Source: an uncultured Planctomycetia bacterium (GTDB lineage Bacteria; Omnitrophota; Gorgyraeia; Tantalellales; Tantalellaceae). Taken from it: a stretch of DNA of 64,000 bases. The notes under the pieces were generated by a model. That model made no database searches and was not told where the DNA came from. It was given only the letters and a program-made list of their open reading frames with translations. Of the stretch, positions 47,923-56,610 are shown piece by piece. A program made the position numbers and the translations under genes. Every line of letters begins with the position of its first letter. Within the stretch, counting starts at the first letter, position 1. The stretch is taken from positions 203,587 through 267,586 of the forward strand of contig CAZNEE010000001.1 in the NCBI GenBank assembly GCA_964572255.1, written 5' to 3'.

Positions 47923-49573
47923 AAATTATACAGTTCTTTTTCTTCTCGTAGTTATATTTATTTCTCTCGCGCTGACAAGTGCCGTCAGAAAATCCCCGGT
48001 TTCAGATGAAGCTGCCCATCATATTCCTGTGGGTTACGTTTTTCTGACTAAAGGAGATTTCGCCTTCGCGACAGATTCTCCGCCCCTGGCAAGGATCCTC
48101 GCGGCTTTGCCGCTTCTTTCATTGGATGTAAAACTTCCGGATGAGAGGTCTTTTTGGGCGAGGGAAGACAGGGCGGAATTTTCCCGAGATTTTTTATATA
48201 AACTGAACAGGAGTATTTTCGATAAGATCCTTTTATTTGCCCGCATACCGATGATGATTTTAGGTGTGTTTGGAGGGGTTTTCCTCTTTTTCTGGGTCAG
48301 GAAGCATTATGATTCCCAGGTCGCGGTCTTAACGGCTATTTTTTATTTTCTTTCACCGAACATACTGGCGCATTCAAGGTTTGCAACGACGGATATAGCG
48401 GCCTCTGTTTTTATTATGTGTTCGGTTCTTTCTTTCTGGGATTTCTTGATATCGAGAAGGAATATAGAAGCTTTAATATCGGGAATATTTCTGGCCCTGG
48501 CGATGATGGCAAAGTACTCAGCGTTATTACTTTTGCCGATTTATATTATTTTGGTGCTGGGTACAATCTTAAATGAGAGATTCTTTAAGGGGAAGAGAGT
48601 TTCCTTAGATTTTTTCTTCAAACTCCTTTTTTGCTTATTTATCTCTGCTTTAGTTTTGTGGTCCGGATATGCCTTTGAATTTAAACCGTTCCTTAAAGAT
48701 GTATTGAGACCGGAAAGTAAGATCGTTGTTTTCACTGATATGTTAAACTCGATCCCTTTTGCTGGTGAAGGATTCAAGGCTAAAGCTGTTGAATTTCTTT
48801 ATACAGCTTCCGTTCCACTTGGTTCTTTTGTCTTGGGTGTTATAGGTGTCCTCAAACATGCCGCTGAAGGGGTTGGTATCTTTTTCATGGGCGCGTGGAG
48901 ACATCAAGGGCATCCGTTGTATTACGTGGCAGCATTTCTATTGAAGACGCCGATTCCGGTTATAATCTTCTTCTTTATCGGGCTGATTTTTGCCGCGAGG
49001 AATAAATCTCTAAATTTGTACTTACTGCTGATGATCTTCAGCTTTTTTGTATTTGCGTCCAGGTCGAACCTGCAACTGGGATTAAGGTATGTATTGCCGG
49101 TTTACCCGTTTATTTTTATCATTTCAGCTTTGGGGGCTAAGTATGTTTTTAATAAAGGAACTGTGTATAAAACATTCGGGATAGTTCTTATCTTGTGGTT
49201 TTTGACAGTTCCGTTTTTCATATGGCCGGATTATCTTAGCTATTTCAATGAATCAATAGGAGGCCCTGATAACGGGCATAAATATCTCAGGGATTCAAAT
49301 ATTGACTGGGGGCAGGATCTGCCTGCTTTAAAACAATACATGCTTGAGAATAATATTGAATCCGTAAAATTAGCTTATTTTGGGGAAGGCGACCCCACGT
49401 ATTATGGTATAAGATCAGAGGATATCACTGAAATCGAGCTGATAGAACCTGAAAAAGAAGTTTATGCGATAAGTATCCGGCATATAGACAGTTGCAGATG
49501 GACTAAAGATAAAAAACCTGATTCAAAAGCGGGTTATTCGATATTTATTTACGATTTGAGGGAAAAAGAATAA
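47876..49573 (+). CDS. GT-C glycosyltransferase, family 39 (ArnT/PMT-like) paralog
   Basis: DEAAHHIPVGYVFLTKGDFAFATDSPPLARIL is the family-39 first-loop motif. 47-nt overlap with the YfhO gene, so the start is uncertain. Confidence 0.7.
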   Translation: MFRKANTKLNLNTPVKNYTVLFLLVVIFISLALTSAVRKSPVSDEAAHHIPVGYVFLTKGDFAFATDSPPLARILAALPLLSLDVKLPDERSFWAREDRAEFSRDFLYKLNRSIFDKILLFARIPMMILGVFGGVFLFFWVRKHYDSQVAVLTAIFYFLSPNILAHSRFATTDIAASVFIMCSVLSFWDFLISRRNIEALISGIFLALAMMAKYSALLLLPIYIILVLGTILNERFFKGKRVSLDFFFKLLFCLFISALVLWSGYAFEFKPFLKDVLRPESKIVVFTDMLNSIPFAGEGFKAKAVEFLYTASVPLGSFVLGVIGVLKHAAEGVGIFFMGAWRHQGHPLYYVAAFLLKTPIPVIIFFFIGLIFAARNKSLNLYLLLMIFSFFVFASRSNLQLGLRYVLPVYPFIFIISALGAKYVFNKGTVYKTFGIVLILWFLTVPFFIWPDYLSYFNESIGGPDNGHKYLRDSNIDWGQDLPALKQYMLENNIESVKLAYFGEGDPTYYGIRSEDITEIELIEPEKEVYAISIRHIDSCRWTKDKKPDSKAGYSIFIYDLREKE

Positions 49574-49585
49574 AATAATAAAACT

Positions 49586-50320
49586 ATGGCTGAAGATATT
49601 TTTCTATCGATAATCATACCGGCTTATAACGAAGAAGCGAATATAGTAAATACGCTTACGGAGATAGCGGATTTTTTGGATGGCAAAGCTTTTTCAAGTG
49701 AGGTAATTTTAATAGATGACGGTTCAAAAGACAGGACCTTGGAAGAGGCACTTATTTTCGAGGAAAAAATACCCAATTTTCGCATTATTGAAAGTAAGCC
49801 CAATAAAGGCAAAGGTTATGTAGTTAAAAAGGCCATGCTCCAGGCACGGGGAAAATATGCGATGTTCATGGATGCCGATAATTCGACTTCCATAGATGAG
49901 ATTGATAAATTTTTCCCATACCTTGAAGAAGGATATGACGCGGTAATAGGTTCAAGAAGATTAAAAGATTCACAAGTGACCGTTCCCGAATCATTCATGA
50001 GGATCCTATTGGGAAATGTTTATATATTATTATCAAAGATCATTCTTGGCTCAAAGGTAAATGATTTTAACTGCGGGTTTAAGGCCTATAAGGGGGAGTC
50101 GGCGAAGAGGATCTTTTCCCTGCAAAAGATGGATGATTGGAGCTTTGATACGGAGCTTATATTCTTGATCAATAAGCTTGGAATGAAGCTGAAAGAGGTG
50201 CCCGTAAAGTGGGCTCACAAAAACACTTCGAAGGTAAAGCCTTTTAAAGCCGGAGTAGAATCTTTTCTAAGCCTTATTAAGATCAAGTGGAATGATATTA
50301 AAGGGATCTATGAAAAATAA
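49586..50320 (+). CDS. GT2 polyprenyl-phosphate glycosyltransferase (DPM1/ArnC/GtrB-like) paralog
   Basis: LSIIIPAYNEE ... LIDDGSKDRT ... MDADNS. 244 aa. Confidence 0.8.
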   Translation: MAEDIFLSIIIPAYNEEANIVNTLTEIADFLDGKAFSSEVILIDDGSKDRTLEEALIFEEKIPNFRIIESKPNKGKGYVVKKAMLQARGKYAMFMDADNSTSIDEIDKFFPYLEEGYDAVIGSRRLKDSQVTVPESFMRILLGNVYILLSKIILGSKVNDFNCGFKAYKGESAKRIFSLQKMDDWSFDTELIFLINKLGMKLKEVPVKWAHKNTSKVKPFKAGVESFLSLIKIKWNDIKGIYEK

Positions 50321-50444
50321 ATACCGTTTTATAGAGATTTTATTCTTGATCTGGTTTGTTTTCATCTTTTTGACGTATGCCGGATCTTTTATTGCTCCTA
50401 AAATTTCTGAGAACTTACCAAAGATCCAAAATATATTGAAATAA
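50310..50444 (+). CDS. Unannotated 44-aa single-TM mini-protein (MKNKYRFIEILFLIWFVFIFLTYAGSFIAPKISENLPKIQNILK) between GT2 and GT-C genes
   Basis: ATG overlaps the last codons of the GT2 gene (ctATGaaaaaTAA). AAAGGGA RBS lies 5 nt upstream. Its stop is 1 nt before the ATG of the downstream GT-C gene, which itself lacks an SD (translational coupling). It is below the 60-aa cutoff of the ORF track. Confidence 0.4.
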   Translation: MKNKYRFIEILFLIWFVFIFLTYAGSFIAPKISENLPKIQNILK

Positions 50445-50445
50445 A

Positions 50446-52209
50446 ATGTCTGATTTTGTCCTTCTCATACTGATATCCTTCATTGCTTATGGTGTCGGAG
50501 ACTTCATTGCCAGATCAATGAAGATAAGATCCTCCAGGCTTGAAAATTTCGTATTTTCAACAGGTTTAGGCCTGGGGATCATAGCTTATATCGTATTTAT
50601 TTTAGGGCAAGCCGGGCTTGTATATTTCAAAATCCTAATAATCACTTTGTGTGTGCTTTTCGCTTTGTTCTTTAAAAACATTCTTTTACTTATAAAGGAT
50701 CTATATTCTTACGTAAAGAACATCAAAATAGGGGACTGGTCACTTTTTGATAAAATACTACTAGCGGTGTTAACTCTGGCGTTTGTTTTCAGCTTAGCAG
50801 GCGCTCTAGCTCCGCCCATCGGCAACGATGCCCTGGCATATCATTTAATCCATCCAAAGATCTTTATAAAAACGCATTCTGTAAGTTTTATTCCGTACAC
50901 ACGAGAGTCCTTATGGCCTTATCTGACCGAGATGCTTTTTACTTTAGGGATGCTTCTGGAAAATTCCATTTTGGCCAAGTTGTTCCATTATTTGTTCGGG
51001 GTGCTTGCTGCAATAGCTGTTTATTGTTTCGCCAGGAGATTTGTTAATAGAAAAGCCGGACTACTTTCAGCCGCCTTGTTTTATTTATCCCCGGGTATAT
51101 TCATGCAGGCAAGTTATGCTTACGTTGATCTATCTTTATGCTTTTATGTTTTTTGTGCGTTCTATCTTTTTCTTTCATGGATAACCGATAGAGAGATCCA
51201 ATATTTGGTATTTTCAGGCATTCTATTTGGACTGGCACTGTCAGTGAAGATTCTGGCAGCTATTGGGCTTATTCCCGTACTGGTGCTTCTGCTTTATGTT
51301 TTAGTAAAAGAGAAAAACCTTATAAAAACTTATATTTCACACCTTTCGGCTTTCCTGATCCCTTTGTTTTTATTCAGCTTTATATGGTATTTGAGGAGCT
51401 ATTTAATAACAGGGAACCCGGTATATCCGTTCATGCATGAAGTTTTCGGCAGTGGATGGTCCGCAGCGCACATAGCTGAAAGTTACGGCTATATGAAAGG
51501 GCCTATAGGCTTATTAAGGCTTCCTTGGGATCTTGTTATGCATATGGAGAGTTTCGGCGGGGAACAAATAGGGTTTTTATTCCTTGCTCTTCTTCCGGCA
51601 TTGATATTTACAAGGTGGGGGAACAGATCAAGGCGTTTTATGGCATTTTTCATGATAATTTATATGGCACTGTGGTTCAAGATAGATCAGAACATCCGGT
51701 TTCTTTTTCCTGTGTTTCCGGTAGCTTTTGTGCTTATCTCTGACGGATTGGATCAAATATTCATAAAAAGGAACTTTAAACTTTTAAAGACTTTCATTTC
51801 AATAGGGCTGGTATTCAATCTAAGCTTAGCTTTTTACTACAATGTAGGTCCGATCAAAATTCTTACCGGACGCATAAGTGAAGATGAATACCTGCTCAAA
51901 AAAGAAAGGACTTATGCTGTTTCTAAGTGGGTTAACTCTAATGTCAGTAAAGATTCCTTATTAATATTGGCAGGCGAAACCCGGGAATACTATTTTGACC
52001 CACATGTAATCAAATATAAGCGCATGACAAATACCAAAAAAACCTTCCAGGAGATAACTGCCCCCTATAAAAGCGTTTATATTTTATGCAAAGATGACAC
52101 CATGGATGAATCTGTTAAAAAGCTTATATATGCTAAAAAACCCCTTTTTACCTCATCATTTACAGAAGATGGCATAAAAAGTACCTATTCCATATACAAG
52201 CTCAGATGA
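50446..52209 (+). CDS. Polytopic membrane protein, putative GT-C-superfamily glycosyltransferase (family unassigned)
   Basis: 587 aa with about 12 TM helices and a C-terminal soluble domain. It sits downstream of a DPM1-like GT2, as in ArnC/ArnT-type pairs. No diagnostic motif was recognised. Confidence 0.5.
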   Translation: MSDFVLLILISFIAYGVGDFIARSMKIRSSRLENFVFSTGLGLGIIAYIVFILGQAGLVYFKILIITLCVLFALFFKNILLLIKDLYSYVKNIKIGDWSLFDKILLAVLTLAFVFSLAGALAPPIGNDALAYHLIHPKIFIKTHSVSFIPYTRESLWPYLTEMLFTLGMLLENSILAKLFHYLFGVLAAIAVYCFARRFVNRKAGLLSAALFYLSPGIFMQASYAYVDLSLCFYVFCAFYLFLSWITDREIQYLVFSGILFGLALSVKILAAIGLIPVLVLLLYVLVKEKNLIKTYISHLSAFLIPLFLFSFIWYLRSYLITGNPVYPFMHEVFGSGWSAAHIAESYGYMKGPIGLLRLPWDLVMHMESFGGEQIGFLFLALLPALIFTRWGNRSRRFMAFFMIIYMALWFKIDQNIRFLFPVFPVAFVLISDGLDQIFIKRNFKLLKTFISIGLVFNLSLAFYYNVGPIKILTGRISEDEYLLKKERTYAVSKWVNSNVSKDSLLILAGETREYYFDPHVIKYKRMTNTKKTFQEITAPYKSVYILCKDDTMDESVKKLIYAKKPLFTSSFTEDGIKSTYSIYKLR

Positions 52210-52212
52210 CAT

Positions 52213-52251
52213 CTATTGACAACTATTGACAACTATCTAATATTCTTGACA
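52213..52251 (+). promoter_or_regulatory. Three helically phased TTGACA(A) direct repeats (CTATTGACAA x2 + TTGACAT), candidate operator array overlapping -35
   Basis: TTGACA at 52216, 52226 and 52246. Spacings are 10 and 20 bp. The third copy serves as the -35 of the promoter below. Confidence 0.5.
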
Positions 52252-52274
52252 TAATCCTACCCGTGTGTTAATAT
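52246..52274 (+). promoter_or_regulatory. Strong sigma70 promoter with extended -10 (TTGACA-17-TGtTAATAT) driving HTH gene / pse operon
   Basis: TTGACA at 52246-52251, 17-nt spacer, TG at 52266-52267, TAATAT at 52269-52274. About 80-nt leader then GGAGG-N7-GTG. Confidence 0.6.
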
Positions 52275-52352
52275 CTCCTCTAAATATAGCAACATATAAC
52301 TATAATATATAACAGCAAGCTTAACATTTTCCTTAAATTAGGAGGATTTATC

Positions 52353-52592
52353 GTGGAAATTAAAGAAAATGCTGTCTACACAAGAGAGGAATCCCAGGAG
52401 CTTCTAAAGGTGAGCCAAAGCACGATGATGCGCCTTATTAAAAAAGGCATTATCCAGGCTGCCAAGGTAGGGAAGCAGTATAGAATAATGGGCAAAGAGC
52501 TCTTGAGGGTAGTTTCGCCTGAATTAGAGGACAAGGTCGGCAAAGTGTATAACAAGGGCCGACATTGGCTTCATGAAGGCATAGACGAATAA
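52353..52592 (+). CDS. Excisionase/AlpA/MerR-type helix-turn-helix DNA-binding protein (HTH_17)
   Basis: GTG start with GGAGG RBS. YTREESQELLKVSQSTMMRLIKKGIIQAAKVGKQYRI is the canonical excisionase-family HTH. Confidence 0.7.
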   Translation: MEIKENAVYTREESQELLKVSQSTMMRLIKKGIIQAAKVGKQYRIMGKELLRVVSPELEDKVGKVYNKGRHWLHEGIDE

Positions 52593-52615
52593 AAAATTTA
52601 AACAAGGAGACTGAT

Positions 52616-53653
52616 ATGCAGGATATATTCAAAGACAAAGTTATTCTCATTACCGGAGGAACAGGATCTTTCGGGAAAAAATTCACAGAAATAATCCTTT
52701 CAAAATTCAAACCCAAAAAGCTTATCATATTCAGCAGAGACGAAATGAAACAATATGAGATGCGGCAAAAGTTTAAAGAAAAAAATATAAGGTTTTTTAT
52801 TGGTGATGTAAGGGATGCCGATAGGTTACATAGAGCCTTTAGCGGCGTTGATTATGTCATTCACGCTGCTGCGCTTAAGATTGTACCTGCTGCTGAATAT
52901 AATCCGTTTGAAGCTGTAAAAACCAATGTTATTGGAGGTGAAAACGTTATCAATTTGGCCATAGATAATGGTGTAAAAAAAGTAATAGCTTTGAGTACGG
53001 ACAAGGCAGCCAATCCGATTAATCTTTATGGAGCTACGAAACTTTGTGCTGAAAAGATGTTTATAGCTGCCAATAACTATTCTCCCCGCGGGACTCACTT
53101 TAGTGTTGTTCGATATGGAAATGTTTTTGGATCTCGTGGCAGTGTAGTTCCTTTCTTTAAAGAATGCAGAAAAAAGGGAGAGGTTCCTATAACTGATGAG
53201 AGGATGACAAGATTTTGGATAACACTCGAACAAGGAGTTAATTTCGTACTTCAATGTTTGGAAGAGATGAAGGGAGGAGAAATTTTTATTCCTAAAATAC
53301 CAAGCATGAGAGTAACAGATTTAGCTCAAGCCATATGCCCAAACTGTAAACAGAAGACAATAGGTATCAGGGCTGGTGAAAAATTACATGAAACTTTGGT
53401 TCCGGAAGATGATGGTATTCATACATATGAGTATGAAGATAAATTTGTTACATATCCTTATGTTGTAGAACATCTGGGAGCAAAGGATGGAGGATCTCCA
53501 TTATCTTCAGACTTTGAAGGATATAGGAGTGACAACAACACTGATTGGCTTTCAGTGAAAAATTTGCAAGAGATGGCAGGGACAGAAGAAGAAAATAAAA
53601 CGAAGGATAAGGCCCATGAAGAATATACCTTACGGTCGGCAACTAATAGATAA
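52616..53653 (+). CDS. pseB: UDP-GlcNAc 4,6-dehydratase/5-epimerase PseB (FlmA/CapD-like)
   Basis: VILITGGTGSFGKKF, YGATKLCAEK and the short-form CapD architecture. First gene of the pse set. Confidence 0.85.
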   Translation: MQDIFKDKVILITGGTGSFGKKFTEIILSKFKPKKLIIFSRDEMKQYEMRQKFKEKNIRFFIGDVRDADRLHRAFSGVDYVIHAAALKIVPAAEYNPFEAVKTNVIGGENVINLAIDNGVKKVIALSTDKAANPINLYGATKLCAEKMFIAANNYSPRGTHFSVVRYGNVFGSRGSVVPFFKECRKKGEVPITDERMTRFWITLEQGVNFVLQCLEEMKGGEIFIPKIPSMRVTDLAQAICPNCKQKTIGIRAGEKLHETLVPEDDGIHTYEYEDKFVTYPYVVEHLGAKDGGSPLSSDFEGYRSDNNTDWLSVKNLQEMAGTEEENKTKDKAHEEYTLRSATNR

Positions 53654-54779
53654 GGATGATATAAGAGCTGCAGTAGAGGTTCTGAAGTCAGACTGGATTA
53701 CACAGGGGCCAAAAATAAAAGAATTCGAAGATGCTCTTACCAGGTACTGTGGAGCGAAATATGCTGTAGCTGTTTCGAGTGGCACCGCAGCTCTTCACAT
53801 TGCTTGTTTAGCTGCGGGATTGAAAGAACAGGGAGAAGCTATTACCACACCCATAACATTTCTTGCAACTGCCAATTCTATTATATATTCAGGAGCAAAA
53901 CCTGTCTTTGCTGATATAAATTATGCAACAGTTAATATCGATCCAAAAGAGATTAAGAAAAAGATAACCAAAAAAACCAAAGCGATTTTGCCTGTGCATT
54001 TTGCTGGTTTGCCATGCGATATGTCAGAAATCCATAAAATTGCTAAGGACAATAATCTAACTATTATTGAAGATGGTTGTCATGCCTTTGGAGCAGAGTA
54101 TAGGAGTAAGGGCAAGTGGGTTAAAATCGGAAGCTGTAGGTATTCTGATATGACTGTTTTCAGTTTTCATCCTGTTAAACATATTACAACAGGTGAAGGC
54201 GGAGCGATAACTACAAATAACAGGAAAATATACGAAAAACTGTTAGCTTTGCGTTCACACGGTACTTATAAAACTCAGGAGATGATAGAGGGCAAGGGAC
54301 TATGGTATTACGAGATGAGGGATCTAGGATTTAATTACAGAATAACAGATATTCAGTGTGCTATAGGATTATCACAAATTAGAAAAATAGATGATCTTAT
54401 CCAGAAAAGACTGAGGATTGCAGAAATTTATGATAAAGAATTTGGGTCTATAGATGGCGTTGAGATTCCTAGAGTAAATAAAGATAAAAAGCATACTTAC
54501 CACCTCTATTTACTTAAGATAGATTTCGATAAATTGAAAACAAGCAGAAAGAAGTTTGTATCTCTTTTGAAGAAGAAAGGAATTTTTACTCAAGTACATT
54601 ATATTCCGATATACAAACAGCCTTATTATAAGAAGAGGTACAAGGTTAATTCTAAGAATTTTAAAAATAGCGAGAAATATTACAAAAAAGCGTTATCTAT
54701 CCCGATTTATTCAAAAATGACTGATTCTGAAGTTAAGAGGGTTGTATCAAACATAAAGGAACTATTGAATGGAAATTAA
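53616..54779 (+). CDS. pseC: UDP-4-amino-4,6-dideoxy-N-acetyl-beta-L-altrosamine transaminase PseC
   Basis: IPYGRQLIDKDDIRAAVEVLKSDWITQGPKIKEFE is the characteristic PseC N-terminus. DegT family. Confidence 0.85.
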   Translation: MKNIPYGRQLIDKDDIRAAVEVLKSDWITQGPKIKEFEDALTRYCGAKYAVAVSSGTAALHIACLAAGLKEQGEAITTPITFLATANSIIYSGAKPVFADINYATVNIDPKEIKKKITKKTKAILPVHFAGLPCDMSEIHKIAKDNNLTIIEDGCHAFGAEYRSKGKWVKIGSCRYSDMTVFSFHPVKHITTGEGGAITTNNRKIYEKLLALRSHGTYKTQEMIEGKGLWYYEMRDLGFNYRITDIQCAIGLSQIRKIDDLIQKRLRIAEIYDKEFGSIDGVEIPRVNKDKKHTYHLYLLKIDFDKLKTSRKKFVSLLKKKGIFTQVHYIPIYKQPYYKKRYKVNSKNFKNSEKYYKKALSIPIYSKMTDSEVKRVVSNIKELLNGN

Positions 54780-55530
54780 AGCAGAAGGGTCAAAAAATAT
54801 TGTTGCAATTATTCAGGCACGTATGGGTTCTACACGCCTGCCGGGAAAAGTGTTAATGGATATAAGCGGCAAATCCATGTTATGGCATGTAGTGAACCGC
54901 CTCAAGAGAAGTGAAATAATTAATAACATTGTTGTTGCTACAAGTGTTAAAAAGGAAGATGACGTTATTGAAAATCATTGCAGGCAACATGGCATTGATT
55001 TTTACAGAGGCAGCGAGGAAGATGTTCTTGATAGGTACTATCAGGCTGCTAAGACCTATAAGGCAGATGTTGTGGTACGAATTACAGCGGATTGCCCTTT
55101 AATCGATCCGAATGTTGTAGACAAAATAATTTGCAAGCATTTAGATAACATGAGTAATTCTGATGGCTCAAGCAATGCAATAGATCGTACATTTCCAAGA
55201 GGACTTGATACAGAAGTGATGAAGATGTCTGTTTTAGAACAGATGTGGGAGAGAGCTCAGGAGGACTATCAAAGAGAACATGTCACTCCTTATTTATATG
55301 AACATCCTGAGAAATTTGAAGTATTAAGTGTAAAAGATGACAGAAATTTATCAAATTTGCGTTGGACTGTAGACGAAGAAAGAGACCTAGCATTTATAAG
55401 AGAAATTTATAAGAGGCTGTATAAGCAGAAGGATATATTTTTATTAGATGATATTTTGAAACTGCTGGAAATCGAACCTAACCTAAGAGAGATAAACAAG
55501 GATGTAAGACAAAAGATAATTAATAATTGA
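54769..55530 (+). CDS. pseF: Pseudaminic acid cytidylyltransferase PseF (CMP-NeuAc-synthetase family)
   Basis: IVAIIQARMGSTRLPGKVL. CMP-sugar synthetase fold. Confidence 0.85.
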   Translation: MEIKAEGSKNIVAIIQARMGSTRLPGKVLMDISGKSMLWHVVNRLKRSEIINNIVVATSVKKEDDVIENHCRQHGIDFYRGSEEDVLDRYYQAAKTYKADVVVRITADCPLIDPNVVDKIICKHLDNMSNSDGSSNAIDRTFPRGLDTEVMKMSVLEQMWERAQEDYQREHVTPYLYEHPEKFEVLSVKDDRNLSNLRWTVDEERDLAFIREIYKRLYKQKDIFLLDDILKLLEIEPNLREINKDVRQKIINN

Positions 55531-55580
55531 ATTCAAGAAAATAGTATAGAGATCAGTTTTAGTATTTAAAAGGAGAAAAA

Positions 55581-56567
55581 ATGTTAAAAGAAAACGAAAT
55601 AAGACCTGCGGAATTAAGAAAAAAATCTTGCGAACTTTTCGAACAAGATGCGAGAGAATTACTCGCCTTTGGAGATAAATTTGTTGAGATTAACTGTCCT
55701 GCTTGTGGGACCGATAATAATTCAGTTTATTTTGTAAAAAATGGTTATAAATTTAAAAAGTGCCAAACATGCAGATCCCTTTATATATCTCCTAGACCAA
55801 CAGTAGAACTACTTGAGAACTATTATACCAATTCTAGGGCTTCAAAATTCTGGCAGGAAAAAGTTTTTAAAGTATCAAAAGAGGCAAGAATCGAAAAAAT
55901 ACATAAACCTAGGGTTGATATGGTTCTAGAATATGTAAAAAAATACAACATTGATACAGATCTATTATTAGAGGTAGGTGCAGGTTCAGGTTTTTTTGGC
56001 TTAGAGTTAAATAAGAGAAAAATATTTAAGAAAATAGTTTTAGTTGAGCCAGCTCCTATCGAATTCGAACAAAATGAATCAATTGTCCTCATAAATGATG
56101 TTGTAGAAAATGTTAAATTAAAAGAAAAACCCAATGTAGTCGTAAGTTTTGAATTGATAGAACATATATTTTCTCCTTATGAATTCCTGAAAAGTGTATA
56201 TGAGTTAATGCCTGAAAATTCTTTTATAATATTGACTACTCCTAACATAGAGGGTTTTGAGTTATTGACTATAGGAGAGAAATCTTCAAACATCGGTGGC
56301 CCAAGCCATTTAAATTATTTTAACACTACTTCAATTAATATATTGCTTCAAAAAGTGGGATTTAAACCTGTTTTAGTAGACACCCCTGGTGAACTTGATG
56401 CAGATATAGTTATAAATAAACATTTAGAAGGCGGGCTAGATATTTCAAATCAGCCATTTTTGAATCATATTCTTATTGAAAATGCCGATAAACATCTTGA
56501 ACGTTTCCAGAAATTTCTTCAAGAATCAAAACTATCTTCTCACATGCTTGTAGTGGCTAGAAAATAA
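55581..56567 (+). CDS. Class I SAM-dependent methyltransferase with N-terminal Cys4 zinc ribbon (sugar C/O-methyltransferase-like)
   Basis: CPACGTDNN ... CQTCRSLY zinc ribbon. LLEVGAGSGFFGLEL motif I. Confidence 0.65.
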   Translation: MLKENEIRPAELRKKSCELFEQDARELLAFGDKFVEINCPACGTDNNSVYFVKNGYKFKKCQTCRSLYISPRPTVELLENYYTNSRASKFWQEKVFKVSKEARIEKIHKPRVDMVLEYVKKYNIDTDLLLEVGAGSGFFGLELNKRKIFKKIVLVEPAPIEFEQNESIVLINDVVENVKLKEKPNVVVSFELIEHIFSPYEFLKSVYELMPENSFIILTTPNIEGFELLTIGEKSSNIGGPSHLNYFNTTSINILLQKVGFKPVLVDTPGELDADIVINKHLEGGLDISNQPFLNHILIENADKHLERFQKFLQESKLSSHMLVVARK

Positions 56568-56610
56568 GAATAAATACAGTTAATTCTTGATTTGGAGGAA
56601 GAAAGAAATT

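Noticed and set aside
56587-56610. TTG-initiated extension of pseG (MIWRKKEI...)
   Set aside because: The GGAGG RBS lies inside this extension, 11 nt upstream of ATG 56611. PseG homologues start MxVLI
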